Shown one piece after another: positions 48,584-61,368 of a DNA stretch of 64,000 bases. Source of the stretch: Isurus oxyrinchus (Eukaryota); assembly GCA_026770705.1 (NCBI GenBank), contig JANJGN010000242.1, positions 558,001 to 622,000 of the forward strand, written 5' to 3'. The translations under genes were made by a program, and so were the position numbers. The notes under the pieces are model-generated. The model was given only the letters and a program-made list of their open reading frames with translations, did no database searches and had not been told where the DNA came from. Each line of letters begins with the position of its first letter. Positions within the stretch are counted from its first letter, which is position 1.

Positions 48584-49754
48584 GTAAGTCTGTTCACACT
48601 TTTAATTTGTGTCAGGTTCTAACTAACATGCCCTGTCCTTAACTCAGCTGCAAAATACATTTGTGTTAGGGGAAAAGGGAATAAATCCGCCGTCGACAAA
48701 CTTGACCTGGGGAGAGTGCAACTGGGTTTCACCAGGCCAATCAAAAACCCAGAAAATGCTAGAAAAACTCAGCAGCTCTGACAGCATCTGCGGGAGAGAG
48801 AAACAGAGTTAGCCTTTCGAATCCATATGGCTTTGCTTCATGGCCGCCCTGAAGAAGGGTCATACGGACTCGAAACGTTAACCCTGTCTTTCTCTCCACA
48901 AATGCTGTCAGACCTGCTGATTTTTTCCAAAATTTCCTGTTTTTGTTTCACGTTTCCCGCATCTGCAGGGTTTTGATTTGTTGGCTTTCGCCAGATTCAT
49001 CCCTGGGATGCCGGGACTGTCTTATGAGGAGAGAGTGAGGGAACTGGGTCTGTACTCTCTAGAGTTTAGACCAATGAGTGGTGACCTCATTGAAACCTAT
49101 AAAATTCATAGAGTGCTCGACCGGGTAGATGTGGGTCGGATGTTTCCCCTTTGCTAGGGGACGGGGGAGGGGAGGGGGGTCAATAACCCGGGAAAGGGTC
49201 TCAGGGTCTCAGAGTAAGGGGCAGGCCATTTAAGACCGGGATGAGGGGATATTTCTTCACTCGGACGGTGGTGAATCTTTGGAGTTCTTTAGCTCAGGGT
49301 GTTGTGGAAGCTCAACCCGTGAGCATGCCCAAGACTGAGGCTGCCAGATTTCTGGAGTCTGATGACATCAAGGGATTATGGGGATGGCGAAGGAATGTGA
49401 TGCTCAGGTAGACGATCAGCCATGAACCAACTTGAATAGCGGAGCTAGGCCCGACAGGCTGAATGGTCTACTGCGATTCTGTTGTTCCCAGTGTTCATAC
49501 GTGTTTCCAAACCTGAGTTCAGAAAATTCGATTTCGCAGATAGTTACAAGGTCCGGGGAGACCATTCGGCCAGTTCTGTCTATACTGGGTTTTCGGGGAG
49601 TTAGACAAGGCAGCGGCTGTTAACTGCAGGTCAAAAGTAGGGTTCAGTTCACAGCGAATCAAATGTACTAGCCCCAAAATGTTTCTGGTGTATTGGCTGA
49701 AGTCTGAGTCAGCTATGCCAGGTGAAGGTTTCTGTCTGGGTAATTGTCACTGTG

Positions 49755-49816
49755 CTTTTATGATGCTACTGATAAACTAACGTTCGGCAGTGGGACCCGA
49801 CTGACAGTTCTCCCAC
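49755..49816 (+). CDS. TRDJ: J segment: FYDATDKLTFGSGTRLTVLP
   Basis: ggtttctgt/12/cactgtg RSS; gtaagt donor. Confidence 0.92.
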
Positions 49817-51215
49817 GTAAGTGAGTTCAGAGCTTTTTCAAAATATATTCCTTCGACTTGGTCTCATTTGCTGCTGAAATTAAACTAGCGAAAATGGGCA
49901 GAGCGCCCAGGTAACGTGTGCAATGTCGGTGAAGCCATGGCGCAGACAGAGACAGCTTTATCCCAGCTCAGCTTAGCCAAGATTTAGGAGGGGGGTGGGG
50001 GGGGGGGGGGGGGTTAGGGGGTGGGCGGTATTGGCCAGGAGCTGCAACCCCAGGACCCAGTAAGACGGTGCATAACCCAAAGGTTGTGCATCATTAGCGA
50101 CGTTGGATCTAGAGATTTGCCCCAAATAAGCGAAGGAACGGGGGAAACATAACCTCACCTTTGATTATCAACAAACAGCTTTGTGTGTTTTGAACGCCAA
50201 ATTCAAATCTTCAGCAAATACTGAAATCAAGTGCCATGCCAGAAGATTGATAAGCAGCAGTTTCCATTCTTAGCCACCAGCCCCACTACACCCCTTGAAC
50301 CCCCACCACAGTTACGACATGTCGACAGCACTGATCGGAAAATCATGGTGGTGATAGGTGAATCCTGGTAGTTGCTTAAGGAATACAGTCACGAGGGGTG
50401 GAAAGGTGAACAGCTGTCCCTTTTATGTATTCACTCATCAATTGCGGGTTAAGTCCAGCGTTTATTTCCCATTCCTAATTACACTCGGCAATTAAGCGTC
50501 ACATGTGAGACGGGAGATTTCCTTCTCTGAGGCGCTCTCATGAACGGAACATTAATGATAATCGGTAATGGTCAATCAACAGTTTAGTTTTTTAATTGTT
50601 TTTATTGAATACCGAACATTTTGCCGTAGACGGGTTTGGAACCTGGGTCTCCAGAGCATACCCTGGGTCTCTGGATTAGCAGTCCAGTGACAATAGCACT
50701 GTATCACCGCCTCTCTGAGGGTAACTGGCTTGCTGGGCCAATTCAAATGGGCGGTTAGAGAGTCAATTACATTGCTGTGGGCTCGGGAGGTCATATGTAG
50801 GCCAGACCAGGCAGAGAATTGCAGATTTCCTGCGAGTTTTTACGATATTCGGTTTCATGGTCACCATGAGTGCGGGTATCTTTGAAATTTGGGTGGTATT
50901 AACTGAATTTAAAAGCCACCGACTGCCAAAGTGGAATTTGAAGCCACGTACCCAGGGCCTTCTGCTTACTCCAGTCACATCACCATTACACCACCGGCGC
51001 CCCTCGCGTGGCCTGGAAATGTGCAAGGCGAGGGGAATTCAGTTTCATGGGAGGGGGAAATGGTTGCCTTTCCTTCTGGAGAGAACTTGAATTGGCTGTG
51101 GGAGCAAGCAGAATCTCAAAATATGCTGCACATTCAAAACTAGGCAAGGGAAGAGTAGGCCCTTACACTGCTCTTCATGTGGTGAGGCTATTTTGCAACA
51201 GCTGGAACTACTATG

Positions 51216-51275
51216 CTAGCTATGATGCCAGAAAGCTTATCTTTGACAGCGGGACCAAACTCACTGTTGAACCCA
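51216..51275 (+). pseudogene. TRDJ: J (ORF, probably non-functional): SYDARKLIFDSGTKLTVEP
   Basis: Heptamer tactatg lacks the invariant GTG; FDSG instead of FGxG; donor intact. Confidence 0.8.
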
Positions 51276-52117
51276 GTAAGTCGTCTCTCCTCTGTAATTT
51301 GCGCCTGGTTGTACTAAAACTAATTGGAAATGTTCCATTTGCATGTGTCGGCAAAGCACTTTTGCTGTGTAGTCGTTGTTTGTGGTTAGGGGGAGGAATA
51401 AAATGCCCGCTGGCAACTTGGCGTCAGAAAGCACAATCGGAAGGTTGTTGGAATCTTACAGTAACGGAGGGAGGCATTTGGTCCCATCGTTACTGCTCCA
51501 GGAAGAGATAAGTCACTGATATTTAACTGCAGGGGAAGCATAAAAACATAGAAAAAGGAGCTGGAACAGGTCATTCGGCCCTTCGAGCCTCTACCACCAT
51601 TCAATATGATCTCAACGCCGTTCTCCCGCTCTCCCCCCACCCCATACTCTTTGACGCCCTTAGTGTCCAGAAATCTATCTGTTTCCTTCTTAAATATGTT
51701 CAGTGGCATGGCCTCCAAAGCTCTCTTTGGTAGAGAATTCCACAGCTTTACCACTTAATGAGTGAAGACGTTTCTCCTTATCACAGTCCTCACTGGTCTA
51801 CCCCGTACACTGAGATTATGACCCCCCACCCCTCATTCTATCTGCCTGCCCCCTTCCAGCCCTCCACCCCCACCCACCGCACCCCCCCCCCCCCCCCCAC
51901 CCCCTGCATCCAGTCTGTCCAGCCCTGTCAGAATTGTATACGTTTCAATGAGTGAAAAACATTTAAAAATCCAAGGCTTGTTTTAGTACCAACTTTGTGT
52001 ACGGCGCTGCCCCCGAAATAATAAACATTACAGGTTTATTTTTCACTGTCCTATATGAGCTCAATCTGAATCAGGTGCCCGCAAGCCAAACTTTCTGTCT
52101 GAGCAATTCCTACTGAG

Positions 52118-52180
52118 CTTCTAATTACTATACTGCAAAACTTACATTCGGCAGTAGCACCCAGCTCAATGCTGTGCCCA
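52118..52180 (+). pseudogene. TRDJ: J (ORF, probably non-functional): SNYYTAKLTFGSSTQLNAVP
   Basis: Heptamer tactgag lacks GTG; FGSS; weak donor gtaaat. Confidence 0.8.
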
Positions 52181-54679
52181 GTAAATACCAGTTGAACTTT
52201 CCTTCCTCCTATTCTATGTTCTTTACTGCTGAATGGTGCCTAGCGAAATTGGGAAGAGAGCTATAGTAGTGTGCACCCATCAAGTGAGCTTTAAGTCCAG
52301 CTCGGTTCACCCCAGAACTAGACGTGTAGTTCCGGCCCGCAGTGATATATTAGACTGATAAACATAACTGTGTAATATTACTGGAACAGGGAATCCCCAT
52401 CTAAGAATGTTGATCAAAATAAACGTTCATACGAGTTTAAAAAAACTCATCTTTCATTCTCAAAGATTCTAACATTAAAATTATGTTGTTATCTCGCAAT
52501 TTGCTGGCGGTTGGTTTCTTATGGAAATTAACCAGAAACTGTCACGTTGGGTGGAAAAATGGGCTCGTAGGCACAGAAGAAGACCATTCGTCCCATCGTG
52601 CTCACTCCGGTCAACAAATATCTGACGACACTAACACCATTTTCCTGCGCTTGCCCCATAGCCCTGGAGGCTATGGCAACGCAAGCGAATATCCAAATAA
52701 TTCTTAAGTGTTACGCGAGCTTCTGACTCAACCATCCCTTCAGGCAGCAAGTTCCAGACTCCCACCACCCTCTGGATGAAAAACAATTCTCCTCAACTCC
52801 CCTCTTAGCCTTCTACCTCTTACCTTTAAGCTATGCCCCCTGGTTATTGACCCCTTTACTAACGGAAAAAGTGTCTTCCTATCCACCCTACCTATGCCCC
52901 TCATAATCTTATACGCCTCTATCAGGTCCCCTCACAATCCTCGCTGCTCCAAGGAAGCACCCCAGCTTATCCAATCTTTCATCATACCTTCCCATAACTA
53001 TAATAGCCGTTTTAACGTCGCCTATCTGCTTCCTTCGCTGGTCCCTCTTCTTCGCCCATCAAACCTTCCAGCGAGAGGTTTGGACACTAGAATGCACCAA
53101 CGTGCACGGACGTCCGAAGAAGCTCCACCTGCCTTCCTTTCCAGTTCTTTGAGAGTTCCCCAGGCCTAATTCAGCACTTCTAAGTTAGTGCTCTCCTTCA
53201 TCCAAATTATCCCCAGGATCCTTTCTGAAGCACCACATCTCAAAGCTGTTGATTTCCCTGCCTCCCTCTAAGCTCCCAGCTTCGCATCCACGATTCATTA
53301 TCTGACTGGGAAAAACATTGTCGTGCACGGATTCTCGCTTCTAGATGTTCCTTCCCCCCACCCCCACCCCCACCCCACTCCCCACGAACACAGCCCCCAG
53401 CGCCCCCGCCCCACAAAATGTTGCTTAATGTTATACAAACACTTCTGGCCTTTTCATTGAGAACTCAGTGCTGCTTTTGACATGGCATGTCACTGATTTT
53501 TTTTTAAATCATTCATGAGCTTCGTTGACTGGGCCAGTATTTATTGTCCATCCTTAATTGCCCCCTTAAGAAGGTGGCAGTGAGCTGCCTTCTTAAACTG
53601 CTGGAGTCCTATGTGGTGCAGGTACACCCACAGTGCTGTTAGGGAGGGAATTCGACGATCTTGACCCAGCTACAGTGTAGGAACAGCGATATATTTCCAA
53701 GTCAGGTTGGTGACTGGCTTGCAGCGGAACTTCCAGGTGGTGGTCCTCCCATCTATCTGCTGCCCTTGCATCCAAAACAATTGAATCAATTAGCCTATTC
53801 TAACTTGCTGCCATTGTCTGTGGCCTTTCCCACTGGGATGTAAATGCAGCAGAAATAAGACCCAAACTATTTGGAGAGGAACAGTGAAAATTGCAATTTG
53901 CCATTGTTTGTATTTATTCCTTCATGGGGTGTTGGTGTCGCTGGCACTGCTGGCATTTGTTGCCCATCCCTAAGTTCCATTGAACTTGACCTGATGACAG
54001 TTGCAATTAGAGTTGCATTAACTTCTCCTGCAGAAGAGACTTACCAGGATGTTGGCTGGACTGGAGGATTTTAGTTATGGAGGAGGTATTGGATAGACTG
54101 GAGTTATTTCCCCTGGGGCAGAGGAGATTGAGGGCGGTACATGGTTGAGGTGCTTAAAATGATGAAGCGCATAGATAAGGTAGAGAGGAGGGAACTTTTC
54201 CCCTTGGTGGATTGATCAATAACCTCGGGGGATAAGATGTAAGGTAAGAGGCAGGAGGTTTCGTCTGAATGTGAGGAAGAATTCTTTCACCCAGAGGGTG
54301 GTGAGAACCTGGAATCACTGTCTGAAAGGGTGATAGAGGCAAACACCCTCATAATATTTAAGAAGTATTGGATGTGCACTTGTGATGCCTTAAAAGTGCT
54401 GCGCTGAGAGGTTTAATCCATCCACACAATCGCCAGGGGAGTGGAACCACTTTTAGTGGGTTTATTGGTTTCTGTGTCATTCCCGGTGGTATTTAATATA
54501 GGGGACCATAAATTATTGTCTGGAACAAACATATTTGAAGTTTCCCTCCTATTCCTACACATTTGTTGTAGCGCAGGCAGAAATTTGCCAATGCGCAGAA
54601 GGGGGCCCATTCATTGGAAAAGCTGCTATTGTGTTTCCCCGGGGTAAAGAGAAGTTTGAGAGGAGATTTGACAGAGGGG

Positions 54680-55380
54680 CATAGAGAGGTTAAGTGAATG
54701 GCCAAAGGCCTGGCAAATGGAGCAGAACCTGGGCAAAAGTGAAGTTGTCCATTTTGGCAGGGAGAATAAAAAAAAGAAACTTATTATCTAAATGTTGAGA
54801 GATTGCAGAACTCTGAGATGCAGAGGAACATGGGTGTCCTAGTGCATGAATCATAAAAGCCGAGAATGCAAGTGCAGCAGGTAATTAGGAAAACTAATAG
54901 AATGTGATCGTTTATTGTGAGGGGAATTGAATACAAAAGTAGGAACGTTATGTTTCAGTTGTACAGGGCATTAGTGAGACCACACCTGGAGTACTGTGTA
55001 CAGTATTGGTCTCATTGTTTAACGAAGGATATAAATGCAGTGGAAGCAGTTCAGAGAAGGTTTGCAAGACTAATACGTGGAATGGGCGGGTTGTCTTATG
55101 AGGACAGGTTGGACAGGCTAGGCTTGTATCCGCTGGAGTTTAGAAGAGAAAGATGTGACTTGATTGAAACAAATAAGATCCCGAGGGGACTTTACAGGGT
55201 GAATGTGGAGAGGATGTTTCCTCTTGTGGGAGAATCTAGAACGATAGGTCACTGGTTAAAAATAAGAGGTCGCCCATTTAAGACAGAGATGAGGAGATAT
55301 TCTTTTTCTCTCAGAGGATCGTGAGTCTTTGGGAATCTCTTCCTCAAAAAGCGGTGGAAGAAGGGTATATCAATATTTTT
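54680..55380 (+). mobile_element. CR1-type LINE ORF2 3' fragment in the J-C intron
   Basis: RGIEYKSRNVMFQLYRALVRPHLEYCVQYWS...LEFRRERCDLIET...FKTEMRR. Confidence 0.88.
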
Positions 55381-58300
55381 AACTCTTTGAAGTACAAACC
55401 CGTTTCCACCTGTTTCAGGTGAAGTTACATTGTTTCATAGTTTTGCCCTTGTGAGATTTGAGCTCTTGACCTTGGGGTTATAAAGCCAGTACCATAACCA
55501 CTTGGCTATTTAGGCCAAGCATCAACATTTTTAAAGCTGAGGCTGATAGATTGTTGATTAACAAGGAGTGGGGGGGGGGGGGGTGGTGAGAAATTACCGG
55601 GGTTGGGCAGGAATATGGGGTTGAGGTTAAAATCAGATCAGATCTTATTGATCGACAGAGCATTTTGGAGCATCAGAGTGGCCGGCTCCTGCTTTTCATT
55701 CACCTGCTCTTCAAAATCCTGAGGGGTTTGGACAGAGCGGATAGGGAGAAACCCATCCCATTGGTGGGAGGGTGGATAACCAGGCAGCGCAGATTTAAGG
55801 TGACTGACAAGAGGAGCGAAGGCAACATGCAGGGGGAAACAAACTCTTTCACACAGCGAGTGGATAGGACATGCAATGCACTGCCTGAGCGTCGGTAGAG
55901 GCAGCATCAGGTGAGGTATTCAAAGAGGAATTAGATAAATATATGACAATAGCAGAATGTGTGGGTTACGGGCAAGCGGCACTGGGCTCCTTCAGAGGGC
56001 CGGCAGAGGAACGACGGGCCGAATGTCTCCTTCTGTGCTGCAACCATTTGTGTGCCCCTGTGTTCAGTGGTGGATATACAGCTGCCCTCAAGTTCTGACA
56101 CAGAGTCATCATCAGCTCAGGTCCGAACACGGTGGGGAAGTTAAACCCCTCCTATACACTAAGCGTTCAACCACGAAGGCAAACAACACTCTGGGTTCAC
56201 AAAGCAAAGCATCGATGAAGATGTAGGGTCACTGCAGCACAGAAGGAGGCCATTCGGCCCTCCGAGTCACTGGAGGCTTTGCACAGAGCAGCGCAGTCAA
56301 TCCCATTCACGCTTTCCATCCCCGCAGCTTTACTTCTAAAGAGATTTGCCTTTTCACAGAACCACATGATCACAGAGTGGAGAAAAGGCCGTTCGGCCCA
56401 TCGAGTCTGCACCGACACGTGAGAAACACCTGACCTACCTACCTAATCCCATTTACCAGCACTTAGCCCATAGCCTTGAATGTTATGACGTGCCAAGTGC
56501 TCACCCCGGTACTTTTTAAAGGATGTGAGGCAACCCGCCTCCACCACCCTCCCAGGCAGTGCATTCCAGACCGTAACCACCCTCTGGGAAACACAGTTTT
56601 CCCTCACATCCCACCTAAACCTCCTGCCCGGGACTTATGTCCCCTCGTAACTGATCTTTCAACTAAGGGGAACAGCGGCTCCCTATCCACCCTGTCCATG
56701 TCTCTCATAATCTTGTACACCTCGATCAGGTCGCTCCTCAGTCGTCTCTGCTCCAAGGAAAACAACCCAAGTGTTCCAACATCTCTTCATAACTTAATTG
56801 CTTCATCCCAGGCAACATCCTGGTGAATCTTCTCTGCACCCCCTCCGGTGAATCATTCATCACCTCTAGTTTGCAGGCCATCGCCAATCGCTGGGTAAAC
56901 AAGTTCTATCTCACATCCCCCACCCACCACCCCCAACCTGTTTTGTCTAAACTTGAATCTACATCTCCTAGCTCTTGTACCATCGGCTAATGGGAGTAGC
57001 TTGGATTTGCCCTTCTGATCCGAACCTGTCATCAGTTTGCCCACCTCGATCAAAACCCCTTCGAACCGACGAGAACAGCTCCAGCTCCTCCAACAAAGCG
57101 GGAGGCGGTGGCATTGGCACTGGGCCGGTTAGTCCCGAGATCCAGCGTAAGGCTCGGGGGAACCGGGTTTGAATCCCACCACGACAGGTGGTGAAATCTG
57201 AAATTAATATTAAAAAAAATCTGTAATTGCAAATAACCATTGTGCGCCCCTGTGTTTAGTGGTGAAGAGAATGTTGCCTTCACGCTCTGAAACGGAGCCA
57301 CAATCAGCTCAGGGGCTGAACAAGTTCGGGAAAAAATAAACCCATCCTGTTCACTAATCCCCTCTTTAGGGAAAGAAAGCTACCGTCCTTCCCTGGCCTG
57401 GTGTACATGTGACTGCAGACCCACAGTGATGTGGTTGACTTTTAAGTGCCCTTTGATCAAGGAAATAACTGCTGGCCTAGTCGGAGACACCCACATTCCC
57501 ATCAATGAATAAAAAATAAAGCACTGCTGCTAAAATCGCCCATCCCTGGACCTATTCTGATGGACCTCCTCCCGCACCCTCTCGGAGACTCTCACATCCT
57601 TTCTGAAGCGTGTAGCAGGCCAGAAGTGGACACAATACTCCAGCTGGGGCCTAGGCCGAACTGCATAAATATTCAGAAGAACTTCACTGCTTCGGTACTT
57701 GGTGCCTCTATTCATGGAGCTCCGAGATCCCCATGTGCTTTTCTCATTCCTCTCTCAATATTGACTATCACTTCCAAACATCTCTGCGCCTGGTTACTGA
57801 CCAATCTGCCTTTAGATAGTCTGGGGTGGATGTTCCGCGTCAATGACTTCGCTAGCATCAAGCAGAAGTGACGCCTAACATCAGCAGTTGACCGGTTTCG
57901 GGGCATTGTCACTGGACTAGTATTTCAGAGGCCCAGGGCAATGCTCTGGGGGTCCGGGTTCGAATCCCACCGAGGCAACTGCTGGGATTTGAATTCAGGT
58001 TCAGGGGGGTGGTAGGCAGAGTGTTATCGCTGATCGATTAGTTAACACAGTGACCCAGGGCAATGCTTTGAGGGACCGGCGTTCCAATCCCACCACAGCT
58101 GATATGAATTCTATATAAAACCGTGAATTAAGAAGTTTAATGTTGACCGTTGCCGATTGCTGTAAAAATACACCTGGCTCACGAACGACCTTTCAGGGTG
58201 TCAATGCATGGGGATCCAGTTGACTCTTAAATGCCCTCTGAGCAAGGGCAGTTAGGGGCCAGGCAATAAATGCCTGGCCTAGCCAGAGAAAATAATAAAA

Positions 58301-58921
58301 AGCGTTCCTGGAATTGTAATGGTAATTCATATTTGCCAGGAAAAGTATAAGGCGAGCTGGCATGTTTAAGTTGGGAAATGCAGTCAGCGGATTAGGAGCT
58401 GTCCTTAAATCTTTATTTGAGGGCGAGGTGTTTTAAGCAGGCAAAAGGAATTGATCAGGCAGATAGAGAGAAACGATTCCTTCCTGTAGGAGGGGGGGGG
58501 GGGGGTAGGCCAGAAATTAGACAAAAGCCGTGAAGCGAAAGCCAGGTTGCTCAGTGGGTGATCGGGGCGGGGGGGGATGGGGGGGGTGGGGGTGGAGGTT
58601 GGCTGGTGGTGTGGGCGATGTGAGGGAACACAACGCCAGTGCAAACCTGAAAATCTCTCCCCCAGCAAGCTGTTGAGGCGGGGACCTAGGGGGGTGATGG
58701 TCGCAAGGGGTGGATTTGCAACTGAAGTTCAGAGCTTAGATTTCCTCTGGGGCTTTCCCTTTTAAGAATGATCGAATTAAGTCTGAAGGGACCCAAGATG
58801 GGCACATAGAAACAAGGGTCAGGTCAGCCATGGCCTAATGGGAGGCGACACAGCAGTTTGGAGGAGGGGGATCACTTTGTTAAGACTCTCATCAATTTCC
58901 TTTCTCTTCTTGAATCTTCAG

Positions 58922-59245
58922 AGCCGAAAGATCCGAAAGCACCGACGCTCTCCGTCTTTTACCCGCCAGCCATAGCGAAGCCTTCTAACCCCAACACAGA
59001 TGCGAACACCGCAGTGGTGTGCCTGGCCTCGGATTTCTCCCCGAAGGAGCTGAATGTTTCCCTGCAAGCGGGGAACGTCACAGAGGCCACTGGTCCAAGT
59101 TCCAGCATCCTGTCTGACACCGGGTATTACAGGAGCACCGCTTTCATCGCCTTCCCCCGGCCCAGCCAACCGGTCAACGTCACGTGTAGGGCAACTCACA
59201 ACCAGGAACTATACTCTGAAGACATCCTGACGAGACCCGAAACTG
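58922..59245 (+). CDS. TRDC: TCR delta constant region exon 1 (Ig C1 domain)
   Basis: Acceptor cttcAG 58920-58921. PKDPKAPTLSVFYPP...AVVCLASDFSPKELNVSL...YRSTAFI...NVTCRATHNQ...RPET G|gtaagg. Phase matches the J donors. Confidence 0.9.
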
Positions 59246-60414
59246 GTAAGGGACAATGCCTGCCGAAGGGAAGAGCTTGCATTTCGGCAATGGCTTTTTA
59301 CGACCGAAGTCCTCCCGGCGCCATCTTAAATTATCAAGAAGATTAGCTAACTATCCACAAACATTCGCTCCCTCCACCACCTTTCTTTCTCTCCATCTCT
59401 CTACTCAGCTGTCTGTCTGCTTATCTAGCTGTCTGTCTGTCTGCCTGTTTGTCTGTCTGTCCATCTATCTATCTATCTTTGTTTCTTTCTTTCATTCTTT
59501 CTTTCTTGCTTTCTTTCTTTCTATCTGTCCATCTCTCGGTAGGCGCTCAGTACCTGCAGTGTATACCGTCTAAAAGATGCCATGCACGAATTCACCAAGG
59601 CTCTTTAGACTGCACCTTCCAAGCACACGACCGCTACCATCTAGAAGGACAAGGGCAGCAGATAGATGGTAACAGCACCATCTAGAACTTCCCCTCCAAG
59701 TCACTCACCATCCTGACTTGGAAATATATCTGTCGTTCCTTCACTGCCGCTGGGTCAAAATCCTGGAACCCCCTCCCTAACAGCACTGTGGGTGTACCTA
59801 CACCACATGGATTGCAGCGGTTCAAGAAGGCAGCTCACCACCAGCTTCTCTAGCGGGTAATTATGACCGGGTAATGAATGCTGGCCGAGTCAGCGAAGGC
59901 CACATCCCATGAATGAATTTTAAAAAATACAATTCAGGGCAGCAACCAGGCCCCACAGCCAGCCACGTGGAGCAGGTTGTGTGTCACTGACTTTAGGTAG
60001 ATGGTAATTATTAAACAGGAGGTTGAAAATCGCCTTTCCTTTGGGGCAGTGCCAAGGGATCATTTATTCCCTCACTCCTCAGGGCTCAGATAGGGCCTTT
60101 ATTTCACATCCCATTCGAAAGAGGCCGCCTCTGACAGTGCAGCACTGCAATTGATGGAGCAGCCCTTATCAAGGGCTCAAATCTTTGAAGGGGGAGTCGA
60201 GTCCACTATGCTTGAGCTCAGATGGCGTCAATTGAGCGACCGCTATGGAAGCCCGTCCGTGATCCCGAATGGACTAGGCTTACCACCCCAACTGTTTAGT
60301 AATGACTCCCTTCGCCTCTATTGGCAACAGCAGCGACATCATTTAGAGAAATATTAACAACATTAGCTGCAACAAAGTAATGCACTCGTTAATAGTTGAA
60401 ATATTTGCTTGCAG

Positions 60415-60483
60415 TTATAGAAAAACTCGATTGTGGAAAAGCTTCAAATGATTCCTTGTTAGGATCAAGTGCCATGGACAGTG
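60415..60483 (+). CDS. TRDC: TCR delta constant exon 2 (connecting peptide with interchain Cys): VIEKLDCGKASNDSLLGSSAMDS
   Basis: ttgcAG acceptor (alternative in-frame AG 6 nt downstream); phase 1-1; gtgagt donor at 60484. Confidence 0.8.
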
Positions 60484-61258
60484 GTGAGTCCTTATCCAAA
60501 ATATATTTAGATGAAATATTAACAGAAAAATGGTGATGGATAAGCAGGACACGGCAAGATATAGAAAGATAAACAGATAGAGAGATAGCGGCAGCGAAGG
60601 TTATACGCACATATATTAGATGTATAAATATAGNNNNNNNNNNNNNNNNNNNNNNNNNNNNNNNNNNNNNNNNNNNNNNNNNNNNNNNNNNNNNNNNNNN
60701 NNNNNNNNNNNNNNNNNNNNNNNNNNNNNNNNNNNNNNNNNNNNNNNNNNNNNNNNNNNNNNNNNNNNNNNNNNNNNNNNNNNNNNNNNNNNNNNNNNNN
60801 NNNNNNNNNNNNNTACAGCCATATTGATAGGTAGAGAGAAAAACATATAGACAGAAAGAAAGGAACAATGAATGAAAGAAAGAAAGAAAGACAGACAGAT
60901 AAATAGATATATAGAGAGATAGGCAGACAGATAGAANNNNNNNNNNNNNNNNNNNNNNNNNNNNNNNNNNNNNNNNNNNNNNNNNNNNNNNNNNNNNNNN
61001 NNNNNNNNNNNNNNNNNNNNNNNNNNNNNNNNNNNNNNNNNNNNNNNNNNNNNNNNNNNNNNNNNAGGATAGATGGATAGACATGATGAGGGACGGAGAG
61101 ACGAAGCGGTGGGGTGATGCATAGATGGAGATATATGAGCTAAATGTCTACATGATGGAAATAAATTCCCTTTTTATAGCGCAGTTTTTTTCTGTCCTAT
61201 ATTTAATTCGACGGCTACATTTAACTGAATCGATGCTTTGTTTCGGTCATTATTACAG

Positions 61259-61368
61259 ATCTTCGGAGGGCGAATTCTTTGTCTCTGACGGTGATGGGGC
61301 TGAGGCTTTTGTTTTTCAAGAGCATTGCGTTCAACGTCATGATGACTGCCAGAGTATGGCTGTTTTAA
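61259..61368 (+). CDS. TRDC: TCR delta constant exon 3 (TM/cytoplasmic): DLRRANSLSLTVMGLRLLFFKSIAFNVMMTARVWLF*
   Basis: Intramembrane R and K of alpha/delta chains; SLTVxGLR resembles delta; no alpha-type FETDxxLN. Donor g|gtgagc just after the stop implies an untranslated exon 4. Confidence 0.9.

Noticed and set aside
54460-54545. Possible J relic (ggtttctgt...DHKLLSGTN)
   Set aside because: Spacing to any heptamer is wrong, and there is no FGxG or donor; likely chance.
52200-58900. E-delta enhancer (Myb/RUNX) in the J-C intron
   Set aside because: No convincing clustered motif outside SINE/LINE sequence by eye.
58922-61368. TCR alpha or beta instead of delta
   Set aside because: A D segment is present (against alpha), the TM has both R and K (against beta), and there is no alpha connecting-peptide FETD motif.
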